NCBI RefSeq assembly: GCF_035084215.1
Contig: NC_090340.1
Location: forward strand, 44,702,001-44,766,000
Length of the DNA: 64,000 nucleotides
Reading direction: 5' to 3'
Source: Heptranchias perlo
Lineage: Eukaryota
Below the pieces are notes generated by a model. It worked only from the letters and a program-made list of their open reading frames with translations. It was not told the origin of the DNA and ran no database searches. Below, piece by piece: positions 52,897 through 64,000 of this stretch. Position numbers and translations under genes: made by a program. Numbering within the stretch: the first letter of the stretch is position 1; each line of letters starts with the position of its first letter.

Positions 52897-53417
52897 CACT
52901 TGCCATAGAGGGAGTACAACGAAGGTTCACCAGACTGATTCCTGGGATGGCGGGATTGTGGTATGAGGAGAGATTGAGTAGACTAGGCCTGTATTCTCTA
53001 GAGTTTAGAAGAATGAGAGGTGATCTCATTGAAACATACAAAATTCTTACAGGACTCGAAAGGGTAGATGCAGGGAGGATGTTTCCCCTGGCTGGGGAGT
53101 CTAGAACCAGGGGTCACCATCTCAGAATAAGGGGTAGGCCATTTAGGACTGAAATGAGGAGATATTTTTTCAGTCAGAGGGTGGTGAATCTTTGGAATTC
53201 TCTACCCCAGTGGGCTGTGGAGGCTCAGTCATTGAGTACATTCAAAACAGAGATCGATAGATTTCTAGATATTAAAGGCATCAAGGGATATGGGGATGGT
53301 GCAGGAAAATGGCATTGAGGTAGAAGATCAGCCATGATCTTGTTGAATGGCGGAGTAGGCTTGAGGGGCCGGATGGCCTACTCCTGCTCCTATTTTTTAT
53401 GCTCTTATGTTCTTATG
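52897..53417 (+). mobile_element. Young CR1 3' fragment nested antisense in the 50571-54833 CR1
   Basis: YEERLSRLGLYSLEFRRMRGDLIETYKIL...LWNSLPQ; (TTCTTATG)n tail. Confidence 0.85.
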
Positions 53418-54849
53418 CCATATCTTTTAATCTAATTTCCCAATCTACCTTAGTCGACTTGCCCCTCGTACCTATGTAATTGGCTTTATTTAAGTTTAAG
53501 ACTTTAATTTCGGATTTAAGTATGTCCTTTCAAAATCAATGTGAAATTCTATCATATCCCCAGAGGATCCCTTACTATGAGATTACTAATTAACCCTGTC
53601 TCATTACACAAGACAAGGTCTAAAATAGCTTGTTCCCTGGTAGGTTCCATAACGTATTGTTCTAGGTCTCACATGCATTCCATAAACTCGTCCTCCAAAC
53701 TACTTTTGCCAATTTGATTTGTCCAGTCTATAGAAAGATTAAAGCCCCCACGATTATTACATTACATTTGTTACAAGCTCCTATTATTTCTTGATTAATA
53801 CTCTGTCCAACAGTATGGCTACTGTTAGGGGGCCTATAAACTACTCCCACCAGTGTCTTCTGCCCCATGTTATTTTTAATTTCCACCCATACGACTTCCT
53901 GATCTTCCAAGCCAAGATCCTTTCTCACCTTGTCTTTATGTCATCCTTTATTATCAGGGCTTACTCCCTACTCCTTTTCCATTTTGTCTGTCTTTTCAAA
54001 ACATCAAGTACCCTGGAATATTTAGTTTCCAACCTTGGTCACCTTGCAACCCCTGTTTTTCTTTACTAATACTAATTACTTTAAGTTCCTCACTCTCATT
54101 AGACCCTTGGTTCCCCATTACTCTGGTATGTTTTTTGTGTCGGTAATGGCTATTAGATCAAACCCATTTATTTCTTTTTGTGCCATTAATTTGTCTATTT
54201 TGTTACGAATGCTTCATACATTCAGTAACTTTTTACCATTTTTCCCTGATTTGACCTTATTCACTGAGGCACTATTACCGTTAAACTCTTTGTCTTTTCC
54301 TGTCACATTCTGCACTTTACCCAAATGGCTACATTGCTCTATGGCCTTGACTTTTCTGTTTAGATTTATAAATTTCCCCTCACCTGAACCCCATCTTTTT
54401 AGTTTAAAGCTCTATCTGCAGCCCTAGTTATTCGATTCGCCAAGACATTGGTCTCAGCCTGGTTTAAGTGGAGCCCGTCCCAACAGAAGAGCTCCCTCTT
54501 TCCCCAGTACTGGTGTCAGTGCCCCATGAATCGAAGCCCCTGTGTCCACACCACTCTTTGAGCCACAAATTTAACTCTCTGCTCTGTTTGACCCTATGCC
54601 AATTTTGTGCGTGGCTCAAGTAGTAATCCAGAGATTATTACCTTTGAGGTTCTGCTTATTAATTTGGACCCTAGCTCCTCAAACTTCCTCAGCAGAACCT
54701 CATTCCTAGTTCTACCTATGTCGTTGGTTCCTACGTGCACCACGACAATTGGATCCTCCCCCTCATGCGCCAAGTTCTTTTCCAGCCACGAGGAGATATC
54801 CTTAACCCTGGCACCGGGCCGGCAACCCAGCATTCACAGCTAATTTTGT

Positions 54850-55218
54850 ACTTTTTTGAAGTGTCGTCACCGTTGTAATGTAGGAAACTCGGCAGAAACA
54901 CAGCAAGGTCCCAACAACAGTAAGGAGGTAATGACCAAATGATCTGTTTTTTTAGTGATGTTGGTTGAGGGATAAATATCGGTCAGTATGCTGGGGAGGA
55001 CTCCGCTGGTGTTCTCCAAATAGTGCAATGGGATCTTTTACCTCCACCTGAGAGGGCAGATGGGGCTTCGGTTTAATGTCTCATCCAAAAAAGACAGCAT
55101 GTCCAATGGTGCTGCAGTGTCAGCTTAGATTATGTACCCAAGTCTCTGGAGTAGGACTTGAACCCACAATCTTCTAACTCAGAGGTGAGCGTGCTACAAC
55201 TGAGCCAAGGCTGACACC
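54850..55218 (-). mobile_element. SacSINE1-like SINE, near full length
   Basis: Reverse complement of the 29927-30302 family, including the tRNA head (GGCTCAGTTGTAG...GGTTCAAGTCC). Confidence 0.7.
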
Positions 55219-55647
55219 AAAAAAAAGTCAATACTTCGCATATAATCCTCAAACTTGTTGATTTCTCCCTAGTTAAAATCTAGTTGTTTTCTGGTACAAT
55301 ATAATCAAAAGATTGACTACAAATAGAGTTTAAAAAGTGTCTGCAGGTATATTCCCACGGCTTCTTAAAATTATACTGTTTGGGTAGAAATTTGGGAGCT
55401 GTTGATGTTCTACAAATCTGCATATCCTGTAGAGGTCATTAGTGTTCTTTCCAAATCTGTTAAAAGTGCTGGCAAGGAAAAGGAAATGTAATGAAACAGG
55501 ACAATTGCAAATGACAAGATGAATGATAAAATACGGCACAGAATTAATTATAAAAAAAACTGAAAAAGATTGTTAAAGAGCAAACACAAATTACTGTACG
55601 TAAATTATTAGCATTAATCCATACCTGCTGTATTGTATTAGTACTGA

Positions 55648-56428
55648 CGGAGTGATTAATCTTCCCACAATTCCTGCATTTTTTCCCCCTTGCTGGACAA
55701 CTCAGGTCTTTTTTAAAATGTCCCTTTGGTTACATGCAAAACAAGTCTCCTTTTCTGGCATCGCTCTGTTTTTTTTTGTACTTTCCTGCCCTTGCCCTCC
55801 TCAGCTGCATTCACTCCTTCATTCCCGGCTCCTGCATCTATTGCCTCCATTTTGCATTCCAATCTCTCGTGAGCCCTGGCTAATCCCAAAAATTCATCCA
55901 GGCTTTACGCAGTCCCTCTCTCTAAACGTTTGCTTCTCAACGTGGGGGACCAGCACTTAAGAATGACCTGATCCCTGATCTGATCATCACTGGGAGCATA
56001 ATCACAGTTAAGTGCCTGCGGCCTCAATCGGCACACAAACTGCTTTACAGTTTCCCCTTCTTCCTGGGAGTATTGGTGGAAAATGTGTCTCTCAAATGGT
56101 ACATTGGCCGTAGGTGCGAAATGACCGGTCAAAACAGCATGAGTGTCCACATGCCCAAAAGAGTCCGCATCCGTTCGGCAGTTGAAGAAGAATTCTTGCA
56201 ATTCCAATCCCGTGGAAACAGAGCCTTCTTCTGCTCTCTGTTGGTGATGCCTCAGGCAGCCAAGTATAACTTGAATGCTCTAATCCACTGCATCCATCTT
56301 TGGCTGACAGGGTTGTTGGGGGGGGGGGGGGTCTGCCTTCATAGCAAAACATGGGAGCTCACCCAATTTGATGGACACAGTGTCCCCTTTGTTGTAGGCT
56401 CGATTTTTCCTCAACATCCTCGTTGCCA
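55648..56428 (-). mobile_element. Ty3/Gypsy gag fragment with PBS, no LTR visible
   Basis: PBS TGGCAACGAGGATG (56415-56428); RW.QWIRAFKLY..GIT..QKKAL; FERHIF..SQEEGETVKQFVCRL..IRDQVI; zinc knuckles CFAC..GH..CPARGKKCRNCGKINH. Confidence 0.85.
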
Positions 56429-57604
56429 ATTAGTACTGAAGGGCAGGGATTAGCAGTCTTTGGACATTGTGAATTGAAAATGCAAAGGCAGCAATGTGCA
56501 GAAGCTTTGAGAAGCTTCTCGAAAGTTCGAACAGGCCTTTGGTTTTCAAAACAACTGATAAGAACAAAAGGGATAGATAACAACTTGGTAACAAATTAAG
56601 ACAGTTAGAAATCCTTGGGAAAAACAACTAAAATACTGTACTTGGTTTCACATGGTCAAGAGGCTACAGAAGGTTTCACACAGTGGTTTCACAAGGTCGA
56701 GAGACTGTACCTGGTTTCAAACAGTTTCACACAATCTCGGGAAGTTGAGTGACACATGAGATCTAACAGCCAACCGTCCATTATTGATGCAACAATGGGC
56801 AAGTGGCCAAAATGGACTTCCCTTAACTTTGAGTGGCCAAAATAGAACTTTGCTTGACTTTTGCTCACACTCCAGCTAGCAGAAACAATATAAAGATGGT
56901 ACATCGTGGCAGATTCTTTACTGCAGTTGGAGGAGCCTAACGAAGCTTCGCTTAGAGGAAGGACGTCCTATAAGAAGAAGACCTCAAGAGCTACAGGAGC
57001 TGATCACTCTACTGCCTTGATGCAGAAATACTTGGTTTAAAGGTTGTATGTATTGCTTGATGCTTGTGTGAACTGTATAATCATAAAATAGCTTTGATTA
57101 ACTAAAATACAGATTAGCGTGACTTTCATTGATTGTCTACCGTCCAGGTTCACGAATTGCTGGAACATCTGTATACCGACAGTACTTCTGGAGTAATTAT
57201 TTTGTAGCTTCAATATATGGTAACTGCACGTATGCAACACTTCCAACTCTTCCAGAGTTACTGTTCAAATATTTGGTTAAAAGCTAATATTAGTATGTAT
57301 AGAGAGATTTTTACTTCGTACAACTGTGCTTTCCGAGTTGCGGCAGACTCCCTTTATCAAAGAAACATTACTGTGCAGTTTTAGATGGCATCATGTGGTT
57401 GCTATTACATTTCTATTATTTTCCTTCCAGTTTTCTCCTTTTTTTCAGTTTTATTTGTGGTTCCACAGGCCCAGTACTTCATCAAAGCAGCCATCGTTAA
57501 TGTGTAAGCCCAGATAGAGGGCCTCAGCTGGAACTATCACCAAGCCCGACTTTGTCCTCATCTAATGTACACACGCACATGTTCAGCAGGCTTCTCTGGA
57601 CATT

Positions 57605-57835
57605 CGTGTCTGTGCCGGCTCTTTGAAGAGCTATCCAATTAGTCCCACTCCCCTGCTTTTCCCCCATAGTCCTGCAAATTTCTGCTTTTCAAGTATATAC
57701 CCAATTCCTTTTTGAAAGTTACCATTTAATCTGCTTCCACTACCCTTTCAAGCAGTGAATTCCAGATCCTAAGAACTTGCTGTGTAAAAAATATTCTCCT
57801 GATCTCCTGCTGGCATTTTTGCCAATTATCCTACA
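57605..57835 (-). mobile_element. CR1 3' end fragment
   Basis: Reverse complement of the 34500-34730 tail. Confidence 0.7.
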
Positions 57836-57842
57836 TCTAAAT

Positions 57843-60800
57843 TGACAGCATCGGGAGAATGCAGAGCACCACAGGAGCGGCCCCTAGAATTTAAAGCAGA
57901 GCAGCAGCAGAGCGTCGGGAGAGTAGGGAACACAAACTGCGAACATTTGCAAGATGACATCACAGTCGACGTAGCGGAGGAGCCCATGAAAGCGAAGGTA
58001 AGTCAATTTAATATACACTCTATAATATTAATTGTAGTTGGTTATCATTGATTAAGAAATAACTATCTTAAAAAAGGGTAAATAAATAAAGAAATAATAA
58101 ATAGGAGTTAAAGGGGTACTAAGATAAAACATATAAATAACACAAGAGGCATAGAAATATAATATAAGTAGACTCTAAATCGAATGGAGGGGCAGCTGAA
58201 ACCCAGTGCCTGCAATTCCTGCCCCATGTGGGAACTCCAGGAAACTTCAGGTCTCCTGGGTGACCATGTGTGCAGGAAGTGCCTCCGGTTACTCAAGCTT
58301 GAGCTCAGAGTTTCTGACCTCGAGGAGCGGCTGGAATCACTGCAGGACTTACAGGAGGCTGAGAATTTCCTGCATTGTACGTTCCAGGAGGTGGTCGCCC
58401 CACAGCCACAGCCGGGAGCGTGTCAGTATTGAATACTGGTGAGGGTGACGACACCTCGAAGGAGTGTAGTCTGGAGCATGGCACCGTGGGGCAAAGGACT
58501 GTACAGGGGGGGTTCAGCGAAGTATAGGAATGCAGTGGTTACAGGGGATTCAATAATTAGAGGACAGCTAGGCGTTTCTGCAATCAAAAAATTGATAAAG
58601 AGGGAGAAAATAGAATATGAGAGTAAACTAGCAAGAAATATAAAAACAGATTGTAAGAGCTTCTACAAGTATGTAAAAATGAAGAGAGCAGCGAAAGTAA
58701 ACGTGAGTCCTTTAGAGGCTGAGACAGGAGAAATTATAATGGGGAATAAAGAAATGGCAGAGACGTTAATCAAATATTTTGTATTTGTCTTCACAGTAGA
58801 AGACACAAAAGAAATACCAGAAATAGTGGGGAACTCTAATGAGAGTGAGGCACTTAAAGTAATTAATATTAGTAAAGAAAAAGTACTGGAGAAATGAATG
58901 GGACTAAAAGCTGACAAATCCCCTGGACCTGATGACCTACATTCTAGGGTACTAAAAGAGGTGGCTGCAGAGATAGTGGATGCATTGGTTGTGATCTTCC
59001 AAAATTCCCTAGATTCTAGAAAGGTCCCAGTGGATTGGAAGGTAGCAAATGTAACCCCGCTATTCAAGAAAGGAGGGAGAGAGAAAACTGAACTACAGAC
59101 CAGTTAGCCTGACATCAGTTATCAGGAAAATGCTGGAATCCATTATTAAGGAAGTGGTAACAGGGCACTTAGAAAATCATAATATGATTAGGCAGAGTCA
59201 ACATGGTTTTATGAAAGGGAAATCGTGTTTGACAAATCTATTAGAGTTTTTTGAGGGCGTAACTAGCAGGGTAGATAAAGGGGAACCAGTGGATGTAGTA
59301 TATTTGGGATTTTCAAAAGGAATTCGCTAAGGTGCCACACAAATGTTGTTACACAAGATAAGGGCTCATGGGATTGGGGGTAATATATTAGCATGGATAG
59401 AGGATTGGTTAACGGACAGAAAAAAGAGAGTAGGAATAAACGGGTCATTTTCAGGTTGGCAGGTTGTAACTAGTGGGGTGCCACAAGGATCAGTGTTTGG
59501 GCCACATCTATTTACAATCTATATTAATGACTTAGAAGAAGGGACTGAGTGTATTGTATCCAAGTTTGCTGACGATACAAAGGTAGGTGGGAAAGTAAAC
59601 TGTGAGGAGGACACAAAGAGTCTGCAAAGGGATATAGACAAGTTAAGTGAGTGGGCAAGAAGGTGGCAGATGGAGTATAATGTGGGGAAATGTGAGGTTA
59701 TTCACTTTGGTAGGAAGAATAGAAAAAACAAATATTTTTTACATGGTGAGAAACGATTAAATGTTGGTGTTCAGAGAGATTTGGGTGTCCTTGTACATGA
59801 AAGAAAGAAAGTTAACATGCAGGTACAGCAAGCAATTAGGAAGGCAAATGGTATGTTGGCCTTTATTGCAAGGGGGTTGGACTTCAAGAGTAAGGAAGCC
59901 TTGCTACAATTGTACAGGGCTTTGGTGAGACGACACCTGGAGTACTGTGTACAGTTTTGGTCTCCTTCCCTTATGAAGGATATACTTGCCTTAGAGGTAG
60001 CGCAACGAAGATTCACTAGATTGATTCCTAGAATGAGAGGGTTGTCCTACGAGGAGAGATTGAATAAAATAGGCTTATATTCTCTGGAGTATAGAAGAAT
60101 GAGAGGTGATCTCATTGAAGCATATAAAATTCTTAGAGGACTTGACAGGGTAGATGCTGAGAGGCTGTTTCCCCTGGCTGGTGAGTCTACAACTATGGGG
60201 CATAGTCTCAGGATAAGACTAGGATTGATCGATTTTTGGACTGTAAGGGAATCAAGGGATATGGGGATTTGGTGGGAAAGTGGAGTTGAGGTCGGAGATC
60301 AGCCATTATCTTATTGAATGGCAGAGCAGGCTCGAGGGGCCATATGGCCTTCGCCTGCTCCTATTTCTTATATTCTCATGTTCAACCACCAACGCGAGTC
60401 CTGAATGGTGCCAGGGTAAAGGATATCACTGAGAGGGTGCAGAACATATTGAGGGGAGAAGGGGAACAGCCAGAAGTTGTGGTCCATGTGGGAACCAATG
60501 ACATAAGAAGGAAAAGGGATGAGGTCCTACAGTCAGAGTTTCAGGAGCTAGGGAGGAAGTTCAAAAGCAGGACCTCAAAGGTAGTCATCTCTGGATTACT
60601 CACAGTGCCACGCGCTAATGATTTTGGAATAGTAGAATAAGACAGGTTAATTCCTGGAGAAATGGTGCAGAAGGGAGGGCTTCAGATTCCTGGGGCATTG
60701 GGACCAGTTCTGGGACCAGTTCAAGATGGACGGGTTGCACCTCAACAGAGCTGGGCCCAATGTCCTTGCGGGGTGGTTAACTAGTGCTGTGGGGTGGGTT

Positions 60801-63025
60801 TAAACTAATTTGGCAGGGAGATAGCCACCAGGATGAAACGTTAGAGAGGAGAAATAAGGTGCACACAGGGCTGGGATGGACAAATAGCACTAGAGTAAAG
60901 AATAGTTCAGAAATAGGAGGGATCAGACAGGGAGCAAATGCGGGGAGTCTAAGATGAGTTTGGAGTGCATGTACACCAATGCACATAGCATGGTAAATAA
61001 GGTTGGTGAGTTGCAGGCACAAGTCGTTACATGGGACCACAATATACTAACATTAACAGAGACCTGGCTCAAAGACAAGAGCAGGATTGGGAGCTTAATA
61101 TTCCTGGCTACAAGGTATTCAGGAAAGACTGGGAAGGTAAGAAAGGAGGGGGTGGCAGTATTGATCAAATAAACTATTATAGCACTGGAAAGGGATGATG
61201 TAGTTGAGGGGTCAAAGACAGAATCTATTTGTTTAGAATAGGACCAATAGAGGAGCTATTACACTACTATAGGCCACCAAATAGTGGGAGGGAGATAGAG
61301 GAGCAAATTTGCAGACAATTTACAGAAAGGTGCAAGAACTATAAAGTAGTGATAATGGGGGAACTTCAATTATCCCAATATAGACTAGGATGGTAATAGT
61401 TAAAGGGCAAAGAGGGGGAGGAATTCCTGAAATGTGTATAAGAGAATCTTCTTGATCAGTGTGTTTCCAGCACAAAAAGGAAGGAAGCAGTGCTGGATTT
61501 AGTTCTGGATATTGAAGTGGAGAAGGTGAAGCATGTTTTAGTGTGGAGCAAGTGGGGAACAATGGTCATAATATCACCAGGTTTAGAATAGCTATGGAAA
61601 AGGATAAGGAACAATCAAGCATAAACATACTGAACTGGAGGAGGACTAATTTCACTGAGTAAAAGGGGATCTTGCCCAGGTGGATTGGAATCAGAAATTG
61701 ATAAGCAAAACAGTAATTGAACAATGGAAGGCCTTCAGGGAGGTTTGGGTACAGAGCAGACACATTCCCACGAGAGGGAAAGGAAGGGCATCCAAAGCTA
61801 GAGCTCCCAGGATGACTAAAGATATAGAGATTAAAATGAAACAGATAAAGGAGGCATATGACAAGTGTAAGGTTCATAATACAGTAGAGAACCAGGCTGA
61901 ATACAGAAAGTACAGAGGAGATCTAAAAAAGGAATTAAGAGGGGCAAAGAGAGAGTATGAGAATAGATTAGTGGCTATATGTAAAAAAAGAACCCAAAAG
62001 TCTTCTTTAAACATATAAATGGTAAAAGGGTAGTCAAAGGAAGGGTGGGGCTGGTTAGGAACAAAAAAGGAGATCTCCTTGTGGAGGCAGAGGGTATTGT
62101 TGAGGTAATAAATGAATACTTTGAATCGGTTTTCACAATAGCAGAGAATGCTGCCATTGTAGCAGGAAAGGAAGAGGTGGTAGCACAATTACATAGGATA
62201 AAAATAGCTAAAAAGGAGGTACTTAAAAGGTTGGCAGTACTCAAAGTAGAAAAGTCACCCAGTCCAGATGGGATGCGTCCTAGGTTACTGAGGGAAGTAA
62301 GGATGAAAATTGCGGAGGCTCTGGCCACAATATTCCAATCCTCCTAAGATATAGGGGCAGTGCCAGAGGACTGGAGGATTGCAAATGTTACACTCCTGTT
62401 CAATAAAGGGGAGAGGGATAAACCCGGCAATTTACAGGCCAGTCAGCCTAACATCGGTGGTGGGGCAACTTTTAGAGACAATAATCCGGAACAAAATTAA
62501 TTGGCACTTGGAAAAATATGGGCTAATAATTGAAAGTCAGCAGGAATTTGTTAAATGGATATAATGTTTGACTAACTTGATTGAGTTCTTTGATGAACTA
62601 ACAGAGAGGGTTGATGAGGGTAAGACGGTTAATGTGTATATAGACTTTCAAAAGGCATTTGATGAACTACCACATAAAAGACTTGTTTGCAAAATTAAAG
62701 CCCATGGGGTTATAGGGACAGTGTCAGCGTGGATACAAAATTGGCTAAGGGACAGTGAACGGTTGTTTTTCAGACAGGAGGGAAGTATATAGTGGTGTCC
62801 CCCAGGGTTCGGTATTAGGACCACTGCTCTTTTTGCTGTATAATAATGACTTGGACTTGGGTATCGAGGGTATAATTTCAAAATTTGCAGATGACTCGAA
62901 ATTCCGGAATGAAATAAACAATGTGGAGGATAGTAATAGACTTCTGGAGGACATGGACAGAGTGGTAAAATGAGCAGATGAAATTTAACGCAGAGAAATG
63001 TGAAGTGATACATTTTGGTCGGACG
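57843..63025 (+). mobile_element. Near full-length degenerate CR1 LINE (host), interrupted at 58587-60382
   Basis: ORF1 Zn finger/leucine zipper CNSCPMWE..HVCRKC..LELRVSDLEERL, then GDSIIRG | (insert) | GARVKDI..VVHVGTND esterase; ORF2 YTNAHS..LTETWL (APE) through SKFADD (RT). Confidence 0.88.
58587..60382 (+). mobile_element. Younger CR1 ORF2/3' insertion with 324-aa open RT segment
   Basis: ORF 59343-60317 carries GVPQGSV and SKFADD; imperfect TSD CAATCA/CAACCA; highly similar to the minus-strand copy at 50571-52690. Confidence 0.88.
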
Positions 63026-63487
63026 AACGGTTGGTTTAATGTCTCATTCAACAGACAGAGCAACGCTCCCTCAGTACTACACTGGAGTATCAGCTTAGAT
63101 TGTGCTCAAGTCTGGCTTGAACCCAAAAACCCCTGACTCAGGTGAGGGTGCTGCCACTAAGTAGTTAAATGTGAAATGTTTAACATGCTTGATGTTTAAT
63201 TGAGAAAATTTGCTAAAGTTCTTTCTACTTTGAATATCCGGTTTGGCTGACTAATTCCTGCTGTTCAACTGCCCGTTCCATTCTGTTTTGCACGTCTATT
63301 TCTTCTAAGTAGACAGAAGTGATTTCATAAAACAAATACTGACCTTCTGTAATAGGAATGATAATTTATTGTTAATCTGAGTAAAGAAAGTATTTGTACT
63401 TACTTCAAAATTGCATCATGTCCATCTTTAAAAGAGATCTAATGAGTCACATTAGGAAACTTGTTTGTCTTTCTTTTTATTGGACTC

Positions 63488-64000
63488 GAAGCATTCTGAT
63501 ACATAGACCTGGAGTTGGGTATACAAGGTATACAGGGTATAATTTCAAAGTTTGCAGATGACACAAAACTCGGAAATGTGGTAGACAATGTGGAGGATAG
63601 CAACATGCTATAGACAGAGCTAAGCGATTCCACAACTAACGGATCAGATCAAAGCTCTGCAGTCCTGCCACATCCAGTCATGAATGGTGGTGGACAATTA
63701 AACAACTAACGGGAGGAGGAGGCTCTGTAAACATCCTCATCCTCAATGATGGCAGAGTCCAGCACGTGAGTGCAAAAGACAAGGCTGAAGCGTTCGCAAC
63801 CATCTTCAGCCAGAAGTGCTGAGTAGATGATCCATCTCGGCCTCCTCCCGATATCCCCACCATCACAGAAGCCAGTCTTCAGCCAATTCGATTCACTCCA
63901 CGTGATAGCAAGAAACAGCTGAGTGCACTGGATACAACAAAGGCTATGGGCCCCGACAACATCCCAGTTGTAGTGCTGAAGACTTGTGCTCCAGAACTAG
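63488..64000 (+). mobile_element. CR1 RT fragment followed by a second-family LINE running off the window
   Basis: [11 protein letters not shown], then EWWWTIKQLTGGG..SAKDKAEAFATIFSQKC..KAMGPDNIP. Confidence 0.75.

Larger units (their letters stand above)
50571..54833 (-). mobile_element. Near full-length degenerate CR1 LINE (ORF1 SGNH esterase, APE, RT, 3' tail)
   Basis: PGARVKDI...VVHVGTNDIG (esterase); LVGVVYRPPNS (APE); [24 protein letters not shown] (RT); hosts nested insertions. Confidence 0.9.

Noticed and set aside
55624-56555. Minus-strand exon interrupted by the Gypsy fragment (TTATCAG| ... CAG|GTATGG)
   Set aside because: Splice-like signals are present, but no frame gives a recognisable protein; too weak to call.
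57018-57020. In-frame TGA-TGC as possible selenocysteine
   Set aside because: No selenoprotein similarity or SECIS identified, and the reading frame itself is unproven.
59343-60317. 324-aa RT ORF as a domesticated gene or active element
   Set aside because: Partial CR1 ORF2 with upstream stops/frameshifts and a 3' deletion; ordinary young copy.
1-64000. CRISPR arrays, rRNA, intact tRNA or prokaryotic systems
   Set aside because: None seen; the sequence is spliced vertebrate DNA with no regularly spaced repeat-spacer pattern.

Overview
Vertebrate genomic DNA, most likely a cartilaginous fish (shark-type CR1 LINEs, Deu-domain SacSINE1-like SINEs and Penelope-derived repeats). Three spliced protein-coding genes can be rebuilt exon by exon with GT-AG boundaries and consistent phases: ATXN1L (minus, 2 coding exons, ~756 aa, long 3'UTR), NOB1 (plus, 9 coding exons, ~431 aa) and COG8 (minus, 4 coding exons, ~621 aa). 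All three have orthologues on human 16q22, but in a different order. Most of the rest is degenerate, often nested transposable elements: CR1/L2 LINEs, Penelope-like elements with minimal hammerhead ribozymes, Harbinger-type MITEs, SINEs and one Gypsy gag fragment. I see no convincing large novel system. The best second-look items are: an LTR-less Gypsy gag that starts exactly at its tRNA-Ser PBS and is flanked by an 11-bp direct repeat; an ATXN1L intron whose splicing regenerates a perfect 5' splice site; ATXN1-like features retained in ATXN1L; intronic minimal hammerheads; and an unidentified run of phase-compatible candidate exons at ~57 kb. Repeat boundaries are approximate and were placed by eye. 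All homology calls are from recognition, not from database searches.
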